Part shown: piece after piece, positions 18,290 to 27,248 of the stretch
How positions within the stretch are numbered: position 1 is the stretch's first letter
Layout of the letters: the number at the start of each line of letters is the position of its first letter
IMG/VR virus record: IMGVR_UViG_3300027740_000003
Location: 32,001-96,000 of that record
Length of the DNA stretch: 64,000 nucleotides
DNA from: a virus
Taxonomy: Duplodnaviria > Caudoviricetes
Reading direction: 5' to 3' (one strand)
Translations under genes and position numbers: made by a program
The notes under the pieces: model-generated
What the model was told of the DNA's origin: nothing
The model's database searches: none
What the model saw: the letters and a program-made list of their open reading frames with translations, nothing else

Positions 18290-18552
18290 TAGAACGAGTT
18301 TCCATCTGGGCGAAGCATTCTTTCTGGCATGTTTTTGTTATTACATTTTAACCAAGCCTCGATTAATTTTGCATGTTTACAATAATTAGAGCACCTACAT
18401 CCTGGACTATCACAGGACCATTTCTTTTTAGACCGGTGGATAATATAAATTGCTACAGGCTCCTTGTCAAGGTCCCATTTTGATACTTCAAAAGTATCCC
18501 AACGAAGTTCACGAATCAGGTAGCCTACTTCCATTTGGTTCCTATTATTCAA
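18289..18552 (-). CDS. SWIM zinc-finger protein
   Basis: WSCDSPGC....YCKH motif. Confidence 0.65.
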   Translation of the reverse strand: MNNRNQMEVGYLIRELRWDTFEVSKWDLDKEPVAIYIIHRSKKKWSCDSPGCRCSNYCKHAKLIEAWLKCNNKNMPERMLRPDGNSF

Positions 18553-19063
18553 TAATATCTTTTATAGCCAATTCATCTTCTGATAAGGCTCTAGAGCCGG
18601 CAGGAAACACATATTCTGTTATTCTTTTTATTTTTGGGTTATAGATTTTAATAGAAACTAATTTCTTTTCGGAAATTAATTCCCTGATTATTTTTAAAAA
18701 ATAAGAACATGCATCTTCTTCACCCGGATATTGTTCAAAATCATTTATGTATTCCCCTTGATCAACAATTTCAACAAGCGGGAGTTCAGCATTTGTCATA
18801 AATTTTTGGATAATATTTTTATTCCGTTTATATACATTTTTCACATAATTTTCATTTATGTCAATCCAGAATTTAGGTGTAGTTTTAAACGCCTTTGCTA
18901 AACCTTTTGCGATATTTTCATTTATACAAATTTCATCATAATACAAGTTATACAACTCTTCCGCTGATATACCAGATAATTTTGAAATTTCTTCATCGGA
19001 AAAATTTAAATCTGTCTTTTTTTCACCGAGAACTTCTCCTGGAGATTTTATCTTTCTGTTCAT
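18545..19063 (-). CDS. HigA-like (XRE/Cro) HTH protein with C-terminal KDIIE tail
   Basis: SPGEVL, ELYNLYYDEICINENIAKGLAKAFKTTPKFWIDINENY; ends LSEDELAIKDIIE. Confidence 0.8.
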   Translation of the reverse strand: MNRKIKSPGEVLGEKKTDLNFSDEEISKLSGISAEELYNLYYDEICINENIAKGLAKAFKTTPKFWIDINENYVKNVYKRNKNIIQKFMTNAELPLVEIVDQGEYINDFEQYPGEEDACSYFLKIIRELISEKKLVSIKIYNPKIKRITEYVFPAGSRALSEDELAIKDIIE

Positions 19064-19094
19064 ATTATTTATCCATACTTTGTTGTGAAAACAA

Positions 19095-19427
19095 TTATGT
19101 TATGATGTCTTTTATCATTAATTCGTCTGGAGATAATTTTCTTAAGTTAGGCAATAGGTTGTTTATAAAATCTGACAAACGCCAATCTCCCTTGTCTTCA
19201 TAAATAACCAATATACTGTTCTGCTTTCTGTTCCGCTTTTTTCTAAAGAATTCCATATAAAATTTAGTAGATTCTAGCCACTTAAAAAAATCAAATTTTA
19301 TTAAATTAAATTTTATTGATATCATTTCATTTTGATGAAAATCAATGCCTAAATTTTTTAAACAACAATCATTAAGAACAACATATTCACCCTCAGATAT
19401 AAAACACTCTAGAATTACTCTGTCCAT
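19095..19427 (-). CDS. Paralog family member 3 (conserved ends, variable centre)
   Basis: ILECFISEGEYVVLNDC ... DFINNLLPNLRKLSPDELMIKDIIT. Confidence 0.8.
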   Translation of the reverse strand: MDRVILECFISEGEYVVLNDCCLKNLGIDFHQNEMISIKFNLIKFDFFKWLESTKFYMEFFRKKRNRKQNSILVIYEDKGDWRLSDFINNLLPNLRKLSPDELMIKDIIT

Positions 19428-19450
19428 ACTACGCCTTAAATTTAATTATA

Positions 19451-19786
19451 TTAAGTAATAATGTCTTTTATCATTAGTTCGTCTGGAGTTAGTTTTTTAA
19501 GATTGGGAAGAAGGTTGTTTATAAACGCATCTAAAGTAGGCAAACCATTGATATATTTAGTATTTTCCCAAATAGCAAGATTAAATCTTGCGCCACAAAT
19601 GATTAAAACAAAACTATGTAAAATCATTTTAGGATTGGGGTTTAAAACAATTTTTTCTTCACGAAATTTAACTTGTACCAATTCGTCTTTATTAAACGGA
19701 TAATAGCAACTACAATCATTCAGGACAACATATTCTCCTTCCGATATAAAACACTCTAGAAATATTTTGTCGTTAGGAAATCTCAT
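19451..19786 (-). CDS. Paralog family member 2
   Basis: FLECFISEGEYVVLNDC ... AFINNLLPNLKKLTPDELMIKDIIT. Confidence 0.8.
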   Translation of the reverse strand: MRFPNDKIFLECFISEGEYVVLNDCSCYYPFNKDELVQVKFREEKIVLNPNPKMILHSFVLIICGARFNLAIWENTKYINGLPTLDAFINNLLPNLKKLTPDELMIKDIIT

Positions 19787-20067
19787 GTTATGATGTCTTT
19801 TATCATTAATTCATCTGGAGATAATTTTCTTAAGTTAGGCAATATGTCGTTTATAAAATCTATTAAATGCCGAGTATCAAAATCATAATTAATACAAAAC
19901 CCAGTATATCCATAATCTCTATTTTTTGAGATGATTAAATAGTTTTCATCAATTTTAACTTGTACCAATTCGTTTTCATAAAACGGAAAATAACAATAAC
20001 AATTATTCAGGACAACATATTCTCCGTCCAATATAAAACACTCTAGAATTATTTGTTGGTTATTCAT
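19783..20067 (-). CDS. Paralog family member 1
   Basis: ILECFILDGEYVVLNNC ... DFINDILPNLRKLSPDELMIKDIIT. Confidence 0.8.
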   Translation of the reverse strand: MNNQQIILECFILDGEYVVLNNCYCYFPFYENELVQVKIDENYLIISKNRDYGYTGFCINYDFDTRHLIDFINDILPNLRKLSPDELMIKDIIT

Positions 20068-20138
20068 GCTATTTGGTTTGCCAACCGGATTCTATTCATA
20101 TTCTATCAAACAACAGCTGTTATTAAAAATTTCAAAGT

Positions 20139-20444
20139 TTAATAATAATGTTTACATTCGCTAACCAAATCATAACTATTTTGCGATGTTGGGTTGTTGT
20201 CTACACGACTATTTGCCGGAAAAATTTTAACAATTAAAACTTCTTCGGGATTATCTTTTGAATAACGAAGAACTGTATAATCTTCATATTTTAAATCTCC
20301 AATATCTAGCTCATTAGGGGCCTGTTCAAATCCTAATTTTTTAGCAAGCTTGTTTGATTCGGCTGGTGTTTTTATTTCATCTGAATAATCATCTTCAGAC
20401 GAAAAGCGTGAAACTCCATAAAATTCCTTTTCGTTCACAATCAT
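20139..20444 (-). CDS. hypothetical protein
   Basis: Tiling ORF. Confidence 0.65.
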   Translation of the reverse strand: MIVNEKEFYGVSRFSSEDDYSDEIKTPAESNKLAKKLGFEQAPNELDIGDLKYEDYTVLRYSKDNPEEVLIVKIFPANSRVDNNPTSQNSYDLVSECKHYY

Positions 20445-21169
20445 ATATTTGCCTTTGATTTTAAAATTTCATTAATTGTTTTTTCTTTTTCTGGATCTAA
20501 TTTTGTGATTTCTACAATGTCAACAATTTTACCTATATCATTTGTTTTCAACTCAATACCATAAATTAAACTAACTCCTGGATTATAAATATTTCGTAAT
20601 GTTCCGGTACTGAAATAAAGTTCATAACTAAAACTTTGATCATTAATTGCTTTTTCAGCATTGTAATCTGCTTCTTTTTGACTACAAGCCGCTTCAGTGG
20701 TAAAATAATAATTTTTGTGGGGCTCATTAACTTTATAAGGAGTCTTGTCTAGATTCCTATTATAAGGATCTTCGTCATTTGATAATTTAAAACATTTTCC
20801 ATTATCTGGTAAAAGTTGGGCCCAATTATTTTTTTCTAATTCTAATTCTATATCTTCAAAAGAATTTGATTTGAAATATTCTTCTATATCATTTTTTATT
20901 AGATTATAAAAACCCTCAGTCAGGATTTTATATTTTTTATCGTAGTTGTTGTAAATATGATTTACTGATTCTAAATTGTATTTTTCCAAAAATTTATTAT
21001 ATTTATCTTTATTCGTTGGAATATTATAATTCATTGGAATATTATATTTTTCTATTAAAAACTTTAACATATAAATTATTTCTTCACCGGCTTGTAAAAA
21101 TTTATTAGTTAATTCAGCAAACAAATCATTTTCTTTTTTAGTTATCAACATATTTTTCTTTCTTTTCAT
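20441..21169 (-). CDS. hypothetical protein
   Basis: 242-aa ORF directly downstream of a promoter. Confidence 0.7.
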   Translation of the reverse strand: MKRKKNMLITKKENDLFAELTNKFLQAGEEIIYMLKFLIEKYNIPMNYNIPTNKDKYNKFLEKYNLESVNHIYNNYDKKYKILTEGFYNLIKNDIEEYFKSNSFEDIELELEKNNWAQLLPDNGKCFKLSNDEDPYNRNLDKTPYKVNEPHKNYYFTTEAACSQKEADYNAEKAINDQSFSYELYFSTGTLRNIYNPGVSLIYGIELKTNDIGKIVDIVEITKLDPEKEKTINEILKSKANI

Positions 21170-21197
21170 TTGCGGTGTTTCCGCGGGGTAGGCAACT

Positions 21198-21225
21198 AAT
21201 CTAGCTGATATTTTTCTTTTGTCAA
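21198..21225 (-). promoter_or_regulatory. sigma70-like promoter
   Basis: TTGACA-N16-TAGATT. Confidence 0.75.
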
Positions 21226-21255
21226 GCTCAGACTAAGGTTTTTTTTTGGCTGAAA

Positions 21256-21280
21256 ATTTGTTCAGGTAGTGTGAACAAAT
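21256..21280 (-). terminator. Putative intrinsic terminator
   Basis: ATTTGTTCA-N7-TGAACAAAT hairpin followed by TTT, just downstream of the lipoprotein gene. Confidence 0.45.
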
Positions 21281-21296
21281 GGATACAGGTGGGAGG

Positions 21297-22007
21297 CTAG
21301 AAGGTTTCTTCTGGGGGCGAACCACATTCACACACCTGTTCACCGGCTGAGTTAGAATTTATAATATAGGTGCATATATAGCCGGCAGGGTAATTTTCCC
21401 ATATAAGCTGGGACTCGATAGCTTCGCTTTGGAGCTGAGACAGGGGAAAAATATCATCATCTTCATCATTTAGAGGATCATCAGGATCATAAGGCACACA
21501 TGATGCTTTTTCCCAGCATACATCACCGTGTCCTAGTAGTTGGATATAATTATGCATTCCCACATAATGATAACAGTTCCAATCTGTTGTTATGTCTGAA
21601 TAAGTATTGGTGTTAGTTATTCTAATTGGATTTGTTTCTGTTGTTATGTCTGTTTCTGTAGAAGTTGTTATTTCTGTTGTTGTATTTATCTGAGATTGTG
21701 TTTCGGGGGATGTTTCAATTTGAGATTCTGTTGTTGTTTCTTGGAAGGTTTCTGTTTCGGTGGAAATTGTTATTTCTGTCTCTGTATTTATTTGAGATTC
21801 GGTGAATGTTTCCGGGGAGGTTTCAATTTGAGACGCGGTTTCTGTATTTATTTGGGTTTCAATTTGAGTTTCGGGGAAAGTTTCAGCTCCGGTGGAAGTT
21901 TCCGTTGTTGTTTGGGTTCGGTATTCTATCTCGGGAAAGAGGTAGGTGTCATTTCCACCGCAGGCGGAAAGAGCAACTAGGACCGGAATAATTAGTAGTT
22001 TTTTCAT
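21297..22007 (-). CDS. Putative lipoprotein with Thr/Glu-rich repeats and a Cys-rich C-terminal domain
   Basis: MKK + hydrophobic stretch + lipobox LSAC; repeats of type ETQINTET/IETSPET. Confidence 0.8.
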   Translation of the reverse strand: MKKLLIIPVLVALSACGGNDTYLFPEIEYRTQTTTETSTGAETFPETQIETQINTETASQIETSPETFTESQINTETEITISTETETFQETTTESQIETSPETQSQINTTTEITTSTETDITTETNPIRITNTNTYSDITTDWNCYHYVGMHNYIQLLGHGDVCWEKASCVPYDPDDPLNDEDDDIFPLSQLQSEAIESQLIWENYPAGYICTYIINSNSAGEQVCECGSPPEETF

Positions 22008-22028
22008 GGTTTTCCTTTTAGATTTTTT

Positions 22029-22197
22029 TTATTTATCACAAATCACAGGTTTAAATGAATATTCTTCAAATGGTTCAATATTTTGACCACAATAGTCAAT
22101 TGACTCCGCTGGGTGTAAATTCCTAATCGGTTGGTTGGGTATAACAAATAATGTCTGTTGATTTCTCTTTGCTTGTATTAGGTTTTTTAATTTTCAT
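22029..22197 (-). pseudogene. Frameshifted small hypothetical protein
   Basis: Deleting one base of the T6 run (22183-22188) gives a 55-aa ORF MKIKNLIQAKRNQQTLFVIP... Confidence 0.5.
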
Positions 22198-22200
22198 TCT

Positions 22201-22794
22201 TCATTTCCTTGCAACATTTTTTTTAATGAATGGAAGGATTCTTCTGAACGTATAAACATCAACAATAATAAACCTTCTGCCAGACAATATCATCTTATAA
22301 TCACCATCTTGTTTTTTTATACCTAGAACCATACGTCCAAGATCTTTAAATATCCACTCTCTAGTTTCAGAGTTTTCTTTTGATAAAACTTTGGCAGCAT
22401 CTTTATGTTTCGACCAATCTAAAACCGATTCTGTTCCCTGAATAAAAAAACTTGCATCATCATATAAACTACAATAAAGAAGAGTATATCCGTCTATCCA
22501 TACCAAACCTTCCCTCTTTATCTGATCATAAAAAGATGAAGGCAAAATTATTGCAGGAACTTTAATCCCAACACTCCTTGCTGCCGCAATCCTGTGAGAT
22601 CCTGTAATAGAATAATACTTCCACCGTTTTGAATTACGCAATTTAATTACTACTAATGGCCTGTTCTTCCACCCTACATCTAAAAACCTTTTAGACAAAA
22701 CAATAGATCTTAACCTGCAAGTCTCTCCATGTGGCGGACGTATCGAATTAGGATCTAACCATTTCATTTCTGCTATACCCTGTTTCTTTTCCAA
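22201..22794 (-). CDS. ParB/sulfiredoxin-like domain protein
   Basis: LDPNSIRP, RPLVV, YYSITGSHRIAAARSVGIKVPAIIL. Confidence 0.7.
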   Translation of the reverse strand: MEKKQGIAEMKWLDPNSIRPPHGETCRLRSIVLSKRFLDVGWKNRPLVVIKLRNSKRWKYYSITGSHRIAAARSVGIKVPAIILPSSFYDQIKREGLVWIDGYTLLYCSLYDDASFFIQGTESVLDWSKHKDAAKVLSKENSETREWIFKDLGRMVLGIKKQDGDYKMILSGRRFIIVDVYTFRRILPFIKKNVARK

Positions 22795-22912
22795 ATTAGA
22801 TCAAAAAGTGTACAATAAGTATAAGTTGCTAAAAATAAGATTAAAGCAAGTATAGCGTCGCCAAATAGAAAATAATGTATACACGCAGCAAACAACGACA
22901 TTACAAAATTCA

Positions 22913-23131
22913 TTAATTTAACTCCACTAGAAGATAGGGCAAACCAGCTCGATAAAAAATATCATTATCATCAGCTACACAATGTGTGATCTTTACTATT
23001 TCAAATGATCCCGAACCGTCCGTGGATTGCACATAATCACCAACCATAGGCCTACAAGCAAATTCAATTGGCCAGTCCCCAAATTCAGGATTGTTATTAA
23101 CTACACACGCCACTCTAATCTTTTCCATCAC
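22913..23131 (-). CDS. hypothetical protein
   Basis: Tiling ORF. Confidence 0.6.
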   Translation of the reverse strand: MMEKIRVACVVNNNPEFGDWPIEFACRPMVGDYVQSTDGSGSFEIVKITHCVADDNDIFYRAGLPYLLVELN

Positions 23132-24873
23132 GCCTCTTCCTTCTTAGATGCTTCAGGTTTCCCAACCACATATGTCAACCAATTCTTAGCCCTAGTAATT
23201 GCGACATACATTAAGTGTGCCTCTTCTTCATTCGCATCCCTGGGTGCATACGTGTCCACTAATACATAAACGTGAGGCCTCTCCAAACCTTTGAAACGGT
23301 GCGTGCTAGAAAGTGTAATGCATTCCTTCCCATCTTTATCTTCCTTGTTCTCCTCAGGAGAAAACACATTGCACCTATCTAGAATTTCCTGAACAGATTT
23401 GACACTATTCAAAGCCGAATCCAAATCACTAGTTAATGCAACCACAGTCTCCCATTCATCCCTTAGCCTGTCCGCAGCTACTTTATAATCACTTTCCTTC
23501 TTGTTCTGGGAATGATGCCTAAGCCACTCATCATTATAATTCAATACCTCCTGTCCAGTAAACAACCCGCAAACCTCACCCTTCTCCACCAATACATCAT
23601 GTCGCCTCTTCCAACACTTGATCCGATACGAAAGCATCCTTCCATAATCCCGGCCAATAAACTTTACTTTCCTCTGCTGCTTTGCTAGCTGAAAAAATAC
23701 CCTAACCAATGGAGCATTGGTCCTGCTAATCAATACATCACCAGCCTCAATCTTCTCAAGCAACTCTTTGCATTCACATTTATCCACAATTCCCGCTGGT
23801 GCATTGGGCCTTGCCGTAATAATTGGATTAAATTGCTGAGCTTCGTTAATAATCAGTTCATCACACCTCCAGGAACAGGAAAGAGGCAAGCTAACACAAT
23901 TGAATTGCTCAACCATTTCTGGCAAAGCATTGCTGTCTGCACAAGCAAAGCCGAAAATTGCTTGGCAAATATCACCCACGATAAAAATTCTTCCCGAATC
24001 CTTAACGGACTTTGCAACAAGCTCTCGCCTTGCTTTGCTTAGGTCTTGACATTCATCAACAAAAACCTCATCATATTGGTCCACAGCCCAATCATTCACA
24101 ATGGGCAGCCAAATCTCGTCATCGAATGTCAACGCAGCTTTAACGAAAGTCTTTCCTCCTTTGCCTTGACAAATGGTTGTTCCGGCCCTATGCTTTGTGA
24201 ACTCCATGATCTTCAAAGCATACTTGACAAATTCCTTCCTATCATAACCGGTTTCAATATTAAACCGATCCATTAGCTTAATCATTCCTTGTGCACCACT
24301 TGTCAATGTCATCTTAGCTTTGGAGATCAGGTCCATCAAAGCATCTCTGTCATCAGCTTTTTCTTTCTCGGGGCCAAGTTCATTCTCTACCAACCCTCGC
24401 ATATAAGGACCAGAAGAATCCTGAACATCGAATTGCTTTCCTGCCCAGGCTTTCTTTAAGGAACGATAGCCAAGGCCATGACAGGTTAGAACATCAACAT
24501 TATTATATCCAGCAAGCCTTTTTGCTCCTTCTTCTTTGATGGAAACATTAAAAGCCACAAAGAGAATCTTGTGGCTTGGGTTCTTTTCGGAGCACCGAAT
24601 AATACTTTCTACAATGGAGGCCGTTTTTCCCGATCCAGCTACGGCCTCAATACAACCATTTCCTGTTCCATTCTCGACAAAGTCAAAAACAGTTTGGAAT
24701 TGTTCATTCCAGCCATCCTGTGGAACATATCTTGGAAGCCTTTCTTTTGATGCCTCTGGCTTGGCCCAGGAACGGCTTTTGATTCCTCCTGCCCCCTGGG
24801 GGCCGGACTTCTTGAAAGAGCTTCCAGCGGGCGGATAAGAGGCTTTGCGGGCAGCATTAGAATAATAGGCCAT
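23128..24873 (-). CDS. UvrD/Rep-like superfamily 1 helicase
   Basis: AVAGSGKT, VDECQD, GDICQAIFGF, SWRC, STHRFKGLE, YVAITRAK. Confidence 0.92.
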   Translation of the reverse strand: MAYYSNAARKASYPPAGSSFKKSGPQGAGGIKSRSWAKPEASKERLPRYVPQDGWNEQFQTVFDFVENGTGNGCIEAVAGSGKTASIVESIIRCSEKNPSHKILFVAFNVSIKEEGAKRLAGYNNVDVLTCHGLGYRSLKKAWAGKQFDVQDSSGPYMRGLVENELGPEKEKADDRDALMDLISKAKMTLTSGAQGMIKLMDRFNIETGYDRKEFVKYALKIMEFTKHRAGTTICQGKGGKTFVKAALTFDDEIWLPIVNDWAVDQYDEVFVDECQDLSKARRELVAKSVKDSGRIFIVGDICQAIFGFACADSNALPEMVEQFNCVSLPLSCSWRCDELIINEAQQFNPIITARPNAPAGIVDKCECKELLEKIEAGDVLISRTNAPLVRVFFQLAKQQRKVKFIGRDYGRMLSYRIKCWKRRHDVLVEKGEVCGLFTGQEVLNYNDEWLRHHSQNKKESDYKVAADRLRDEWETVVALTSDLDSALNSVKSVQEILDRCNVFSPEENKEDKDGKECITLSSTHRFKGLERPHVYVLVDTYAPRDANEEEAHLMYVAITRAKNWLTYVVGKPEASKKEEA

Positions 24874-24939
24874 GGGATCCTTGGGGGTGTGGCGGGTGCA
24901 GCTGTGTCAGCCACAAGTGGCTGCTGGTGTAGCAACACC

Positions 24940-24967
24940 AGTATAGCCACTCTAGGGAGGGGCGCAA
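24940..24967 (-). promoter_or_regulatory. sigma70-like promoter for the helicase gene
   Basis: TTGCGC-N16-TATACT. Confidence 0.65.
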
Positions 24968-24986
24968 GTGTCGGAGATTGTTTATG

Positions 24987-25340
24987 TTATGGCCGCCAGC
25001 CTGCCGCCAGAGCCTCTCTCATCCAAGGTTTAGTGTCTTTTTCTAGCAACCCATCAGCAATTTTCTCTGTTGCCAGCAAGGCTTTTAGCGGATTTTTAAA
25101 AAACCTTGTTTTCTTTATTGTTCTGAAACGGTTTCTAGTTATAGGATAAAACGATACTTGACCAATATATCCTTTATCATTTCTATCCACTGAACAAAAA
25201 CAACTTTGCGGCCAAACAATGGTTTTAATATTTAATGTCCAGGAGCCATGTTGTAATGGCGGACTTGCCCAAAGATATTTGGTACCTTTTGGCGGAAAGT
25301 AATCTAATTTATATTCTCCACTCATTGTATTTTCTTTCAA
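24987..25340 (-). CDS. hypothetical protein
   Basis: Tiling ORF. Confidence 0.65.
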   Translation of the reverse strand: MKENTMSGEYKLDYFPPKGTKYLWASPPLQHGSWTLNIKTIVWPQSCFCSVDRNDKGYIGQVSFYPITRNRFRTIKKTRFFKNPLKALLATEKIADGLLEKDTKPWMREALAAGWRP

Positions 25341-25849
25341 AAATATACAACAGATTGTTGTCGATTGGGGTATAGAATATTAAGGCCGCAGTTCTGGGCT
25401 TCTGGGAAGGTATCTAATGTATAATCATTTCCTTTTGTCTGGCGGGCATTTTTCTTGATATAATCACCACAAGCATCCTTAACAAGGAATACATTTATAG
25501 GTGTATTGTTAATGTGATAATAATTTTTCAAAGAATAAGCTGTTTCAAAAACACAAACACTAGATTGAACGCCACAGATTCTGACGTTATTATTTTGTAA
25601 TACTTTAACTACTTCATCGGAACCATCATCGGTAGTTTTTCTTACAAAGACTTTGTTAGTATATCCTTTGAGAGCTTTTAAAATGTAGTCGTTTGTCCTA
25701 CCATATCCAGCAAAATGGGCAACAACAATTTGCCTATTATATTTTCGGGCCAGAGCAATTTCTCTAAGGATAGGTTCCTTAAGAGAGGGTTGTCTTGCTG
25801 CCAAAAACCCCCGCTGCATATCAATAATAACTAAAGAATATGATTTCAT
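25337..25849 (-). CDS. Isochorismatase/nicotinamidase-like cysteine hydrolase
   Basis: LVIIDMQRGF (catalytic Asp), RK, ICGVQSSVCVFETA (catalytic Cys), DAC. Confidence 0.8.
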   Translation of the reverse strand: MKSYSLVIIDMQRGFLAARQPSLKEPILREIALARKYNRQIVVAHFAGYGRTNDYILKALKGYTNKVFVRKTTDDGSDEVVKVLQNNNVRICGVQSSVCVFETAYSLKNYYHINNTPINVFLVKDACGDYIKKNARQTKGNDYTLDTFPEAQNCGLNILYPNRQQSVVYF

Positions 25850-25852
25850 TAT

Positions 25853-26155
25853 TTAATCACCATCAGATAGTTCTTGTTCTTTTATTTCATAATAAATAAA
25901 AGAGGCATCGTCATTAAATTTCGTGAAATAATCATTTAATAAATATTCAAGAAGACTAAAGTTTGAAGATTTCAATGCAGCTTCTGCATGAAATAAAACT
26001 TCCTCGTAATCATCATTGTTGTCAATTCTTGAATTAAAATTATTTACAATATGAAACAAACATGCTAAAGCAGACGCTTTTGTGTTTTTGATATCAAGAG
26101 TAAAGTTTCCTGAGAAATCCTGATCAAAGAAGCAAACGATGTATACTTTTTTCAT
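25853..26155 (-). CDS. hypothetical protein
   Basis: Start likely MKKVYI at 26155. Confidence 0.65.
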   Translation of the reverse strand: MKKVYIVCFFDQDFSGNFTLDIKNTKASALACLFHIVNNFNSRIDNNDDYEEVLFHAEAALKSSNFSLLEYLLNDYFTKFNDDASFIYYEIKEQELSDGD

Positions 26156-26178
26156 TTTATTTCCTTTCATTTTACACG

Positions 26179-26679
26179 TTAACAATTAAGCTGTAGTTCA
26201 TATAGGTCTTTCATAATTGGAGAATAGAAACATTTAGATTTAATAATATTTGTAATTCTTTGTTTTGCCGAAGTTTTAGACAAAGAGTTAAGATGTATCA
26301 TCTCTTGTTTAACAGCACCAATAGCATCTTGTGTTAAGATATTAATGCCTTTAGCGACATTGCACCATTCACACATAGTTTGCAGATTAGACAATACGTT
26401 TTCCCCACCAAAATAAACCGGAATAATATGATCTTTTGTCATCAAAACAAAAGACCCATCATCTCTTTTGGCATATAGATTAAAGAATGGAGCTCCATCG
26501 GTTTCGACATGTTTTTGCAGTTTGATTATAGTTCCTTTAATTCCACAACATACACAGCAAGGATTTCTTTTAAAGCATTGTAGTTTTAAAGAATTTCTGG
26601 ATATTTTATATTTGCCGTATTTAAATCTGTTTATTGATTCGAAGATTGATTCAGCACTATAAGTTTCTAGAGTAATCAT
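26179..26679 (-). CDS. HNH endonuclease
   Basis: CVCCG ... TKDHIIP..GG.N..SNLQTMCEWCN..KG. Confidence 0.9.
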   Translation of the reverse strand: MITLETYSAESIFESINRFKYGKYKISRNSLKLQCFKRNPCCVCCGIKGTIIKLQKHVETDGAPFFNLYAKRDDGSFVLMTKDHIIPVYFGGENVLSNLQTMCEWCNVAKGINILTQDAIGAVKQEMIHLNSLSKTSAKQRITNIIKSKCFYSPIMKDLYELQLNC

Positions 26680-26682
26680 ATA

Positions 26683-26844
26683 TTATGGGCGGGGGAATAT
26701 TGTTTCCAAGTTTTCAATAAGCCCAATAACCCAAGGGGCAAAAATACTTTCAACCAAATAGGTGTAAGGTTGAAGAGGAGTTCCTATGCAATAACTTCGA
26801 ATTATTCTACTCAATGATTCTTGTTCTTCATTTGTCAGTTTCAT
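26683..26844 (-). CDS. hypothetical protein (53 aa, not in the ORF track)
   Basis: MKLTNEEQESLSRIIRSY..; GGAGG upstream. Confidence 0.55.
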   Translation of the reverse strand: MKLTNEEQESLSRIIRSYCIGTPLQPYTYLVESIFAPWVIGLIENLETIFPRP

Positions 26845-27076
26845 TTTCCAAACCTCCATTAGGACAGGTCCAGCCTTGAATATAGCCTTTAGGATATTTA
26901 TATTTCAATTCAATTAGCACGGCTACAAGATTGTCATAATCATTGCTAGAAACAATTAGACCAAAACGTCCAGGCTCTTGAACAACACAGAATCCTCTTA
27001 CAAGTAGAAATCCAATTATTTTATTGAAAACCCTTTTAGTTGTTTCTACATGTGCTGAGTATTTTTTATTCTTCAT
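26828..27076 (-). CDS. hypothetical protein
   Basis: Start likely MKNKKY at 27076. Confidence 0.55.
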   Translation of the reverse strand: MKNKKYSAHVETTKRVFNKIIGFLLVRGFCVVQEPGRFGLIVSSNDYDNLVAVLIELKYKYPKGYIQGWTCPNGGLENETDK

Positions 27077-27248
27077 CCCAGTCTTCTTCTTTCGGAGCCT
27101 TCTCTTCTTTAGTATCCAATCCGGAATGAGTGCCGGCACCAGAATGCAAAATAGCAGCAAGACAGGCAGAACTTCTCACCCGCAATTTGCTGCGTCGCTT
27201 TTTAACTCTACGTATCTTTGCCTTCCGGCTTAATCTGTTCTGGGACAT
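27066..27248 (-). CDS. small basic protein with acidic tail
   Basis: Arg/Lys-rich N-half; ends EEDWDEE. Confidence 0.55.
   Translation of the reverse strand: MSQNRLSRKAKIRRVKKRRSKLRVRSSACLAAILHSGAGTHSGLDTKEEKAPKEEDWDEE

Noticed and set aside
19095-20067. CRISPR array or diversity-generating retroelement
   Set aside because: The repeats are long, coding and in frame, with no regular repeat-spacer period; no cas or reverse transcriptase gene is in the window.
25337-25849. Assigning the symbol pncA
   Set aside because: The fold and catalytic D/K/C are plausible, but the PncA metal-binding His motif is not evident.
26179-26679. HNH gene as part of an intron or mobile element
   Set aside because: It tiles between intact small genes with no split host gene or intron-like structure visible; reported as a free-standing HNH only.
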